Assembly: GCA_024641965.1 (NCBI GenBank)
Contig: JAHECC010000001.1
Span: 29,042 to 93,041, forward strand
Length of the DNA: 64,000 nt
Direction of reading: 5' to 3'
Source: Rubrivivax sp.
Lineage (GTDB): Bacteria; Pseudomonadota; Gammaproteobacteria; Burkholderiales; Burkholderiaceae_C
In this document: in pieces, positions 12,505 to 21,239 of the stretch
Numbering within the stretch: the first letter of the stretch is position 1
Layout: the number at the start of each line of letters is the position of its first letter
Position numbers and translations under genes: made by a program
Notes under the pieces: model-generated
What the model was told of the DNA's origin: nothing
The model's database searches: none
What the model saw: the letters and a program-made list of their open reading frames with translations, nothing else

Positions 12505-13329
12505 TCAGTAGCCCTGCCGGTCGGTGCGCAGGTCGCGCATGATCGTGGCGGAAATCTCCTCGATCGACTTGTGCGTGGACGACAACCAGACGATTGCGGA
12601 GCGGCGCATCATCAGTTCGGCCTCGAGCACTTCCATACGGCAGTTCTCGATCGAGGCGTACTTGCTGCCAGGGCGCCGTTCGTTGCGGATCTGGGACAGC
12701 CGCTGCGGGTCGATCGAAAGACCGAAGCACTTGGCCTTGTAGGGCACCAGGGCAGAAGGCAGTTGCGCGCGTTCGAAGTCCTCGGGGATGAGCGGATAGT
12801 TGGCGGCCTTGATGCCATGCTGCATTGCAAGGTACAGCGAAGTCGGCGTCTTGCCGCTGCGGCTGACGCCGATCAGGATCACGTCGGCGTGGGCCAGGTT
12901 GGTCACCGACTGGCCGTCGTCATGCGCTAGCGAAAAGTTGATGGCCTCGATGCGGTCGTGATACTCGCCGCTCTTGACGGTGTCCGAGAAGCGGCCGATG
13001 CGATGGTTCGACCTGACGCCGAACTCGGCCTCGAGCGGTTCAACGAATGTGCTGAACATGTCCAGCACCAGGCCCTTGCAGGCGTCGTGGGTCAGCACCT
13101 CGCGGATCTCGTCGTTGACCAGCGTGATGAAGACGATTACGCGTCCGCCTTCGCGCTCGCTGGTGTGATTGATTTCTCGCAGTACGGCCCAGGCCTTGTC
13201 CACCGTATCGATGAAGGGGCGGCGCATGCGCCTCGGTTTGGCCGTGAACTGCGCCAGGATCGAGTTGCCGAAGGTCTCGGCAGTGATGCCGGTGCCGTCG
13301 GAGACAAAGAACACGGTGCGGTTGAGCAT
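12505..13329 (-). CDS. ppsR: PEP synthase regulatory kinase/pyrophosphorylase (DUF299)
   Basis: FFVSDGTGITAE, ADVILIGVSRSGKTPTSLYLA, NYPL; divergent from ppsA. Confidence 0.95.
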   Translation of the reverse strand: MLNRTVFFVSDGTGITAETFGNSILAQFTAKPRRMRRPFIDTVDKAWAVLREINHTSEREGGRVIVFITLVNDEIREVLTHDACKGLVLDMFSTFVEPLEAEFGVRSNHRIGRFSDTVKSGEYHDRIEAINFSLAHDDGQSVTNLAHADVILIGVSRSGKTPTSLYLAMQHGIKAANYPLIPEDFERAQLPSALVPYKAKCFGLSIDPQRLSQIRNERRPGSKYASIENCRMEVLEAELMMRRSAIVWLSSTHKSIEEISATIMRDLRTDRQGY

Positions 13330-13527
13330 GGCCGGCATGCGCGCCTGGGCGCTGGAAGTTGAGCGGGGATGATAGGGAAGAACTCCGTAGAATTCCCTGC
13401 AATTGCACCCGACGCCCAGCCACGCCATGTTTGCCACCGGCCCAGCCATCGAGGCACGACACAACGCCACGCACGCGCGGTGCGGGTCATCGGATGCGCT
13501 GCCCTTGCCACCTCACGGAGCCTTGCC

Positions 13528-15933
13528 ATGTCATCCACCTCTCTGGCGACCGCCCTGGTCGTACCTTTTGAGCAGTTGAGAATGACCGACGTCGAGTCGG
13601 TGGGCGGAAAGAACGCCTCACTCGGCGAGATGATCAGCCAACTGGCGGCCTCGGGCGTGGCGGTGCCGGGGGGCTTCGCCACCACGGCGCATGCCTTCCG
13701 GCAGTTCATTCAACACGAGAGCCTCGGGCAACGCATCAATGCACGCCTGGCGGAACTGAACACCGACGACGTGCGTGCGCTGGCCGAAGCCGGCGCGCAG
13801 ATCCGGCAGTGGATCGTCGACACGCCGTTCCCGCCAGATCTGGGCGAGGCCGTTGGCAAGGAATTCGAACGCCTCACGGCCGACAACCCCGGGGCGTCCT
13901 TCGCGGTGCGCTCGTCGGCCACGGCCGAAGACCTGCCCGATGCGTCCTTCGCAGGGCAGCAGGAGACCTTCCTCAATGTGGTCGGCATCGACATGGTGCT
14001 GCTCAAGATGAAGGAGGTCTTCGCGTCGCTGTACAACGACCGTGCCATCAGCTATCGCGTGCACAAGGGCTATGCGCACAGCGATGTGGCCCTTTCCGCC
14101 GGCGTGCAGCGCATGGTGCGCTCCGACCTGGCCTCGGCTGGGGTGGTGTTCACGCTCGACACCGAGTCCGGCTTCAAGGACGTGGTCTTCATCACAGCGA
14201 GTTATGGCCTGGGCGAGACGGTGGTGCAGGGCGCCGTCAACCCCGACGAGTTCTACGTGCACAAGCCGACGCTGCGCAGCGGCAAGTTCCCGATCATCCG
14301 GCGCAGCCTGGGCAGCAAGCTGATTCGCATGGAGTTCTCCACCGGGCAGGAGCTGAGCGAGCGCGGCGAACTGGTGCGCACCGTTGACACGGCGCCCGAG
14401 CAGCGCAACCGTTATGCACTCAGCGACGATGACGTCATCGAACTGTCGCGTTATGCGCTGATCATCGAGCAGCACTACGGCCGGCCGATGGACATCGAGT
14501 GGGGAAAGGATGGCCAGGACGGCCGCCTTTACATCCTGCAGGCACGGCCCGAAACGGTGAAGAGTCAGGCCGAAGGCAAGGTCGAGCAGCGCTACCGGTT
14601 GAAGAGCAAGAGTGCAAAAAGCCTGGTCCTGGCCGAAGGCCGCGCCATCGGGCAAAAGATCGGCACCGGCCCGGTTCGTTTGATCGCTTCGCCGGCAGAG
14701 ATGGATCGTGTGCAGCCGGGCGACGTGCTCGTCACCGATATGACCGACCCGAACTGGGAACCGGTCATGAAACGTGCCGCGGCCATCGTCACCAACCGAG
14801 GCGGGCGCACCTGCCATGCGGCGATCATCGCGCGCGAACTGGGCATTCCTGCGGTGGTGGGCTGCGGCGACGCGACCCAGAAGATGCAGGACGGCGCGCT
14901 GGTCACGGTGTCCTGTGCCGAGGGCGACACGGGGTTCGTCTACGACGGGCTGCTGGACACCGAGGTCAGCGACGTGCAGCGCGGCGAGATGCCCTACTGC
15001 CCGATCAAGATCATGATGAACATCGGCAACCCGCAGATGGCCTTCGATTTCTGCCAAATGCCGAACTCCGGCGTGGGCTTGGCGCGGCTGGAATTCATCA
15101 TCAACAACAACATCGGAGTGCACCCGAAGGCGATCCTCGACTATCCGAACATCGATACCGACCTGAAGAAGGCGGTGGAATCGGTGGCCAGAGGCCATGC
15201 CTCGCCGCGCGCCTTCTACGTGGACAAGCTGGCCGAAGGCGTGGCCACGATCGCCGCGGCCTTCTGGCCCAAGACCGTGATCGTTCGCCTGTCGGACTTC
15301 AAGTCCAACGAATACCGCAAGCTCATCGGCGGCTCGCGCTACGAGCCCGACGAAGAGAACCCGATGCTCGGGTTTCGCGGCGCCTCGCGCTATGTCAGCC
15401 CGGAGTTTGCTGATGCGTTCGCGATGGAATGCGAGGCGCTCAAGCGTGTGCGCAACGAGATGGGCCTGTCCAACGTCGAGATCATGGTGCCGTTCGTGCG
15501 CACCGTGAAACAGGCGCAGCGCGTGAACGAGATGCTGGCCGAGCGCGGCCTGAAGCGTGGCCAGAACGGGCTGCGATTGATCATGATGTGCGAGGTGCCG
15601 AGCAACGCCATCCTGGCAGACCAGTTCCTGGAGCATTTCGACGGCATGTCCATCGGCTCGAACGATCTGACGCAACTCACGCTGGGCCTGGATCGCGACT
15701 CGGGGCTGGTGCAACTGGCCGACGACTTCGACGAACGCGATCCGGCGGTGAAGGCCATGATCGCGCGCGCCATCACTGCCTGCCGTGCCACCGGCAAGTA
15801 CGTCGGCATCTGCGGCCAGGGGCCGAGCGACTACCCGGACTTCGCGGACTGGTTGGCGCAGGAAGGCATCGAGTCGATCTCGCTGAACCCCGACACCGTG
15901 GTCGAGACCTGGCAACGCCTGGCAAAGCGCTAG
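13528..15933 (+). CDS. ppsA: Phosphoenolpyruvate synthase
   Basis: [56 protein letters not shown]; GGAG SD before ATG 13528. Confidence 0.98.
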   Translation: MSSTSLATALVVPFEQLRMTDVESVGGKNASLGEMISQLAASGVAVPGGFATTAHAFRQFIQHESLGQRINARLAELNTDDVRALAEAGAQIRQWIVDTPFPPDLGEAVGKEFERLTADNPGASFAVRSSATAEDLPDASFAGQQETFLNVVGIDMVLLKMKEVFASLYNDRAISYRVHKGYAHSDVALSAGVQRMVRSDLASAGVVFTLDTESGFKDVVFITASYGLGETVVQGAVNPDEFYVHKPTLRSGKFPIIRRSLGSKLIRMEFSTGQELSERGELVRTVDTAPEQRNRYALSDDDVIELSRYALIIEQHYGRPMDIEWGKDGQDGRLYILQARPETVKSQAEGKVEQRYRLKSKSAKSLVLAEGRAIGQKIGTGPVRLIASPAEMDRVQPGDVLVTDMTDPNWEPVMKRAAAIVTNRGGRTCHAAIIARELGIPAVVGCGDATQKMQDGALVTVSCAEGDTGFVYDGLLDTEVSDVQRGEMPYCPIKIMMNIGNPQMAFDFCQMPNSGVGLARLEFIINNNIGVHPKAILDYPNIDTDLKKAVESVARGHASPRAFYVDKLAEGVATIAAAFWPKTVIVRLSDFKSNEYRKLIGGSRYEPDEENPMLGFRGASRYVSPEFADAFAMECEALKRVRNEMGLSNVEIMVPFVRTVKQAQRVNEMLAERGLKRGQNGLRLIMMCEVPSNAILADQFLEHFDGMSIGSNDLTQLTLGLDRDSGLVQLADDFDERDPAVKAMIARAITACRATGKYVGICGQGPSDYPDFADWLAQEGIESISLNPDTVVETWQRLAKR

Positions 15934-16086
15934 GCTCGTGGCGGGCGGCGCTGTGTGGACGTGCCGCAGCTCAGCCCTGCCCGCAGGCCTGGGCAAACGC
16001 CTATTGGCGACGACCACGGCATCGCGCAACGTCCGAGGCTTCGCGAGGCCGGCAATCACATGCCGGCAATTGCCCGTCGAAACTTC

Positions 16087-16383
16087 ATGCTGACACTCAT
16101 CAATGCCTTGCAACTGGTCCTGTACATCGCGCTGCTGTCCATGGTCGGACAGGCCGTGCTGTATGTGCTGGCCGGTGCCAGGCGAAACCAGAACCTGTTC
16201 TATCAGTTGCTGCAGATCGTCAGCAAACCCTTCACTGCGCTGGTCCGGCGGCTGACGCCTGCATTGGTGTCGGACAGCCAGGTGCCGCTCGTGACCTTCT
16301 TCATGCTGCTCATCGTGTACGCGGTGGTCACTTTCGAGAAGATCGGGCTTTGCATCGAGGCCGGCATCGACATCTGCAAATGA
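16087..16383 (+). CDS. Small integral membrane protein (YggT-like layout)
   Basis: 98 aa, two hydrophobic helices flanking NLFYQLL...KPF...RRLTP; stop overlaps next ATG (ATGA). Confidence 0.7.
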   Translation: MLTLINALQLVLYIALLSMVGQAVLYVLAGARRNQNLFYQLLQIVSKPFTALVRRLTPALVSDSQVPLVTFFMLLIVYAVVTFEKIGLCIEAGIDICK

Positions 16384-16955
16384 GCGAACTTCTCTACCGG
16401 TGGCTGCAGCTCAAGGCAAGGGCCTGGCTCCTGATGGGGCGCACCGAACAGGCGCAGAGCGTGTTCGACGCCATGGTGCTGCGATTTGCCGACCGCAGCT
16501 ACCCGCGCGCCAGCCGCGCCCACTTGCATGCGCTGGCAGGCCGTCAGCAAGCGGCGCTGGCCGATTTCGACGTGCTGTTGCGGCAGCATCCCGAGGACGC
16601 ACACATCTGGTTCAACAAGGGCTACGTGCTCGAGCAGGCCGAACGCTGGCACGAGGCCCTCGAAGCCTTCCGGCGCGCTGCGGAACTGAGCCCCAGGCTC
16701 GATCGCGCGTGGTATGGCCAGGGACTGGTGCTGATCCGGCTGCGGCGCTTCGGCGAAGCCATCACCGCGCTGAAGCGCAACACGGAATTGCAGCCAATGA
16801 GCCCCTACGGCTGGTATCAGCTGGCCCGTGCCCATGTCGACAGCCGGCAACCGGATGAGGCGGCGAAAATCATCCGGCACTTGAAGGGTTTCGAACCCAA
16901 GGTTGCGGCGCAGCTGGAGCGCGAGATGGGTGTGCTTGCCAATGAAGCAGCTTGA
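16380..16955 (+). CDS. Tetratricopeptide-repeat protein
   Basis: TPR-like units (HIWFNKGYVL..AERWHEALEAF; AWYGQGLVL....RFGEAITAL; GWYQLARAH). Confidence 0.85.
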   Translation: MSELLYRWLQLKARAWLLMGRTEQAQSVFDAMVLRFADRSYPRASRAHLHALAGRQQAALADFDVLLRQHPEDAHIWFNKGYVLEQAERWHEALEAFRRAAELSPRLDRAWYGQGLVLIRLRRFGEAITALKRNTELQPMSPYGWYQLARAHVDSRQPDEAAKIIRHLKGFEPKVAAQLEREMGVLANEAA

Positions 16956-17072
16956 GTCGAGCGCCTCGGTTTGATGCATGCATCGACGCAGGCCGCACTT
17001 TCAGTTGAAGTGCATCGAGCCCGTGTGCAACGGGCCCGGCAGGGCGCCATGCAACGAAGCAAGGGGTGAAAG

Positions 17073-17330
17073 ATGCAGGTCAGCGAGAACCTTCAGCGCT
17101 ACTGGCGAAAGAACCTGAGAATCACGACGATCCTGATGTTCGTCTGGTTCATGGTGACCTTCGTCGCGGCGTATTTCGCGCGCGAACTGAGCTTCGAATT
17201 CTTCGGCTGGCCCTTTAGTTTCTGGGTGGCCTCGCAGGGTGCGCTGGTGGTTTATGTGGCCATCGTCGGCATCTACGCGTTCTACATGAACCGGCTCGAC
17301 CAAGAGCACGACGTGGCCGAGGAAGAGTGA
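17073..17330 (+). CDS. DUF4212 small membrane partner of solute:sodium symporter
   Basis: YWRKNLR, FFGWPFSFW..SQG, Y...MNRLD; 1 nt before the symporter ATG. Confidence 0.88.
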   Translation: MQVSENLQRYWRKNLRITTILMFVWFMVTFVAAYFARELSFEFFGWPFSFWVASQGALVVYVAIVGIYAFYMNRLDQEHDVAEEE

Positions 17331-17331
17331 C

Positions 17332-19458
17332 ATGGCAGGCATGGGTTTCGAGCATGGCGCCGTCAGTTCGGCCCAATCCAATCGCGCCTTCAAGAAGCAG
17401 CTGAACAAGGTCTACGGCTGGTACACCGGCGGCTTCATCAGCTTCGTGATCACGCTGGCGATCTTCGAGCAGATGGGCCTGTCGCGCCAGATGATCGGCT
17501 TGGTCTTCCTGTTCGCCACGGTGGGGCTGTACGCCGGCATCGGCATCATGAGTCGCACCTCGGATGCCGCCGAGTACTACGTCGCCGGCCGGCGCGTGCC
17601 GGCGATGTACAACGGCATGGCCACCGGCGCCGACTGGATGAGCGCGGCCTCCTTCATCGGCATGGCCGGCACGCTGTACCTCACAGGCTTCGGCGGCCTG
17701 GCGTTCATTCTCGGCTGGACCGGCGGCTACTGTCTGGTCGCGCTGTTCCTGGCGCCGTACCTGCGCAAGTTCGGGCAGTTCACGATTCCCGACTTTCTGG
17801 GAGCGCGCTACGAAGGCAACGCACCGCGCTTCATCGGCATCCTGGCGGCGATCCTGTGTTCCTTCACCTATGTCGTGGCGCAAATCTACGGTGTAGGCCT
17901 GATCACCACGCGGCTGTCGGGCCTGGCCTTCGAGATCGGCATCTTCGTCGGGCTGGGCGGCATCCTGGTGTGCTCGTTCCTGGGCGGCATGCGCGCGGTG
18001 ACCTGGACGCAGGTGGCGCAATACATCATCCTCATCATGGCCTACATGATCCCGGTGGTGTGGCTGTCGGTGAAGCAGACCGGCGTGCCGGTGCCGCAGG
18101 CGATCTACGGCTACCAATTGCAGAAGGTGACACAGGCCGAACAACGGCTGATCGACGACCCGAAGGAAAAGCAGGTCATCGCGATCTTCGGGCAGCAGGC
18201 CGACGAATTGGGCGCCAAGCTGAAGGATGTGGGAGCGTCGCTGATTGCCGAAAGGGCGGCGCTGACCCTCAAGCTGGCCGACCTGCGTATCGCGAATGCG
18301 CCGCTGGCCGACATCCAGGCCGCGAGCAGGGCGCTGTCGGCGCTGCCGGCCAACGAAGCGGCGGCCACGCAGGCCTGGACCAAGGCCAAGGCGGCGGCCG
18401 AGGCGCGCGCCAAGCCGTTGGCAGGGATGCCGCGCCATGCGCAGCAGTTCGCGGGCGACCCAAATGGCGATGAAAAGGCGGTGCAGAGCTTCGACGACTC
18501 GCGCCGCAACTTCCTGGCATTGGTGTTCTGCCTGATGGTGGGCACCGCCGCCTTGCCGCACATCTTGATGCGCTACTACACGACGCCGTCGGTGAAGGAG
18601 GCGCGACAGTCGGTGACCTGGTCGCTGTTCTTCATCTTCTTGCTGTACTTCACCGCGCCGGCGCTGGCGGTGCTGGTCAAGTACGAGATCTTCACGGTGC
18701 TGGTGGGCACGCCCTTCGACAAGCTGCCGTCGTGGATCTCGGCCTGGAGCCGGGTCGATCCCACGCTGTTGTCGGTGAGCGATGTCAACAAGGACGGCAT
18801 CCTGCAATTGGGCGAAATGAAGATCGGCGGCGACATCATCGTGCTCGCCACGCCGGCCATCGGCGGTTTGCCCTATGTGGTGTCGGGCATGGTCGCGGCT
18901 GGTGGCCTGGCCGCCGCGTTGTCCACCGCGGACGGACTGCTGCTCACCATTGCCAACGCGATCTCGCACGACCTGTACTACAAGATGATCGACCCGAATG
19001 CGTCGACCGCACGGCGTGTCGCCATCTCGAAGGCGCTGCTGCTGATCGTGGCCGTGGCCGCGGCGTCGGTGGCGGCGCAGAAACCCGCGGACATCCTTTT
19101 CCTGGTGTCGGCGGCCTTCTCGTTCGCGGCCTCCGCCTTCTTTCCGGCGCTGGTGCTGGGCATCTTCTGGAAGCGCGCGAGCAAATGGGGGGCGGTGCTG
19201 GGCATGGTGAGCGGTCTGGGCATCACGATGTACTACATGGTCATGAACCAGACCTGGTTGCGCGGCGTGTTCGGCATCACCAGCCCGGTGGACCTGTGGT
19301 TCGCGATCCAGCCGATCTCCGCCGGTGTCTTCGGTGTGCCGCTCGGCTTCGCGGTCATCATCCTCGTAAGCCTGTTCGCGCCGGCGCCTTCGAGGGCCGT
19401 GCAGGACATGGTCGAGCATGTGCGCTACCCGAATGTGAAGCCCGCCGGCCGGGCTTGA
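17332..19458 (+). CDS. Large sodium:solute symporter (ActP-related, VC_2705-like)
   Basis: YYVAGR, NGMATGADWMSAASF, LRKFGQFTIPDF, GTAALPHILMRYYT, GLAAALSTADGLLL. Confidence 0.92.
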   Translation: MAGMGFEHGAVSSAQSNRAFKKQLNKVYGWYTGGFISFVITLAIFEQMGLSRQMIGLVFLFATVGLYAGIGIMSRTSDAAEYYVAGRRVPAMYNGMATGADWMSAASFIGMAGTLYLTGFGGLAFILGWTGGYCLVALFLAPYLRKFGQFTIPDFLGARYEGNAPRFIGILAAILCSFTYVVAQIYGVGLITTRLSGLAFEIGIFVGLGGILVCSFLGGMRAVTWTQVAQYIILIMAYMIPVVWLSVKQTGVPVPQAIYGYQLQKVTQAEQRLIDDPKEKQVIAIFGQQADELGAKLKDVGASLIAERAALTLKLADLRIANAPLADIQAASRALSALPANEAAATQAWTKAKAAAEARAKPLAGMPRHAQQFAGDPNGDEKAVQSFDDSRRNFLALVFCLMVGTAALPHILMRYYTTPSVKEARQSVTWSLFFIFLLYFTAPALAVLVKYEIFTVLVGTPFDKLPSWISAWSRVDPTLLSVSDVNKDGILQLGEMKIGGDIIVLATPAIGGLPYVVSGMVAAGGLAAALSTADGLLLTIANAISHDLYYKMIDPNASTARRVAISKALLLIVAVAAASVAAQKPADILFLVSAAFSFAASAFFPALVLGIFWKRASKWGAVLGMVSGLGITMYYMVMNQTWLRGVFGITSPVDLWFAIQPISAGVFGVPLGFAVIILVSLFAPAPSRAVQDMVEHVRYPNVKPAGRA

Positions 19459-19524
19459 CGTCGCCTGCTGGCTCGCTGCGCAGCAGCCAACCGCGCACTG
19501 TGCGGTGCGGTGTGGCGGCTGCGT

Positions 19525-19633
19525 TATACTCATAGGCTTTTCCCTTGCCGTACCCGCTCAATGTTCATGGTTTGCCACGGACATCGAGGACGCTTCGGGG
19601 CGGCTTCCATACTGGAATCCATAAGGAGTGTTC
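19525..19633 (+). promoter_or_regulatory. rpsF promoter -10 and structured leader (candidate S6:S18 autoregulatory RNA)
   Basis: TATACT at 19525-30; CCTTG (19543-47) can pair with the SD strand TAAGG; ACCCG at 19552-56 followed by a hairpin. Confidence 0.6.
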
Positions 19634-19999
19634 ATGCGTCATTACGAGATCATCCTGCTGATCCATCCGGATCAAAGCGAGCAGGTTCCCGCCATGCTGG
19701 AGCGCTACAAGACGCTCATCAACGGCGGCGGTGGCACGGTGCACCGTGTCGAGGACTGGGGCCGGCGCCAGCTGGCCTACATGATCCAGAAGCTGGCCAA
19801 GGCCCATTACCTGTGCATCAACATCGAGTGCAGCAGCGAGACGCTGGTCGAGCTCGAGACGGGCTTCCGTTTCAACGACGCCGTGCTGCGCCACCTGACG
19901 GTACAACGCGACAGCGCGGTGACCACGCCGTCGGTGATGATGAAGTCGAGCGACAAGGACGATTCGCGCCGCTCGGCCCCACAGGGAGCCTCGGCCTGA
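19634..19999 (+). CDS. rpsF: 30S ribosomal protein S6
   Basis: [37 protein letters not shown]. Confidence 0.98.
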   Translation: MRHYEIILLIHPDQSEQVPAMLERYKTLINGGGGTVHRVEDWGRRQLAYMIQKLAKAHYLCINIECSSETLVELETGFRFNDAVLRHLTVQRDSAVTTPSVMMKSSDKDDSRRSAPQGASA

Positions 20000-20015
20000 A
20001 GCCAGCTTGCCGCGC

Positions 20016-20309
20016 GTGAACCGTCTGGTTCTCGCCGCCCGGCTGGTCGAGCGCCGTGCCTTGCGCTACACCCCGGCCGGCTTGCCGGTTCTGGATTTCG
20101 AGCTGAAGCACGAATCCGAACTCAGCGAAGACGGCCAGCTGCGCAAGGTGTCGATGCAGATCCGCTCGGTGGCCATCGGACGCATCACGCAGCCGGTAGG
20201 CGCAATGGAGTTGGGCAGCGCCGGCAACTTTGCCGGGTTCCTGGCTTCGGCGCGCAACGGACGCGGCTTGCTGTTTCATGTCACGGCCCTCGAGCCCAAA
20301 TCGGATTGA
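20016..20309 (+). CDS. priB: Primosomal replication protein N
   Basis: NRLVL, ALRYTPAGLPV, LKHESE; between rpsF and rpsR. Confidence 0.93.
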   Translation: MNRLVLAARLVERRALRYTPAGLPVLDFELKHESELSEDGQLRKVSMQIRSVAIGRITQPVGAMELGSAGNFAGFLASARNGRGLLFHVTALEPKSD

Positions 20310-20339
20310 TTTACCGGATAGATTTTCAAGGAGTTCACT

Positions 20340-20630
20340 ATGCCCCCGCCACGTGGTAAAGGTCGGTTTTCCAAGGACAAGCGCCCGAAGCGCAACCAGC
20401 AGTCGCTGCTGTTTCGCCGCAAGCGCTTCTGTCGCTTCACCGTCGCCGGTGTCAAGGAGATCGACTACAAGGACATCGATACCTTGCGCGACTTCATCGG
20501 CGACAACGGCCGCATCACGCCGGCCCGTTTGACCGGTACGCGCGCCTTCTTCCAACGTCAGCTGACCACGGCCATCAAGCGTGCGCGTTTCCTCGCGTTG
20601 CTGCCGTACTCTGACCAGCACAAGGTCTAA
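20340..20630 (+). CDS. rpsR: 30S ribosomal protein S18
   Basis: [35 protein letters not shown]. Confidence 0.98.
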   Translation: MPPPRGKGRFSKDKRPKRNQQSLLFRRKRFCRFTVAGVKEIDYKDIDTLRDFIGDNGRITPARLTGTRAFFQRQLTTAIKRARFLALLPYSDQHKV

Positions 20631-20641
20631 CGGAGCCGAGC

Positions 20642-21094
20642 ATGCAAATCATCCTGTTGGAAAAGATCGCCAACCTGGGCAACCTGGGTGACGTGGTCAA
20701 GGTCAAGGACGGCTACGCGCGCAATTTCCTGATTCCGGGCAAGCGCGCCCGCCGCGCCACGGAAAGCGCACTCAAGGAGTTCGAAACGCGCCGTGCGGAT
20801 CTCGAAAAGGCTGCCGCCGAGAAGTTGGCTGCGGCACAAGCGCTGCAAGATCAACTCAGCGGCAAGGTGGTACAGATCAGCCAGAAGGCTGGCGTCGACG
20901 GGCGGCTGTTCGGTTCGGTCACCAACGCCGATATTGCCGACGGTCTGGCCAAGATGGGCCTGAGCATCCACAAGTCGCAGGTGCGCCTGCCGAATGGCCC
21001 GCTGAAGGTCACCGGTGAGCATCCGGTGTCGGTGTCGCCGCACACCGACGTGGTTGCGGAACTCACCGTGCTGGTGGTCGGCGAAGTCGCCTGA
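20642..21094 (+). CDS. rplI: 50S ribosomal protein L9
   Basis: [30 protein letters not shown]. Confidence 0.98.
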   Translation: MQIILLEKIANLGNLGDVVKVKDGYARNFLIPGKRARRATESALKEFETRRADLEKAAAEKLAAAQALQDQLSGKVVQISQKAGVDGRLFGSVTNADIADGLAKMGLSIHKSQVRLPNGPLKVTGEHPVSVSPHTDVVAELTVLVVGEVA

Positions 21095-21147
21095 GGCCCG
21101 CTTCCGGGCCCAACGCAAGGCCGGCATCGTCCGGCCTTCGTTCTTTT
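21095..21147 (+). terminator. Tandem hairpins / intrinsic terminator after rplI
   Basis: GGCCCG-CTTC-CGGGCC, then AAGGCCGG-CATCGT-CCGGCCTT followed by CGTTCTTTT. Confidence 0.75.
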
Positions 21148-21162
21148 CGGGGCGCCGGTCGC

Positions 21163-21232
21163 ATTTCCACAGCTAACGCGCCGTTCATCCACAGGCTTGT
21201 GCACAGGCTTGGGTGACGTCGCGGCCTATCAT
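21163..21232 (+). promoter_or_regulatory. Three DnaA-box-like 9-mers and -10 element of dnaB
   Basis: ATTTCCACA, TCATCCACA, TTGTGCACA (each 1 mismatch to TTWTNCACA); TATCAT at 21227-32. Confidence 0.6.
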
Positions 21233-21239
21233 CCCCCGC

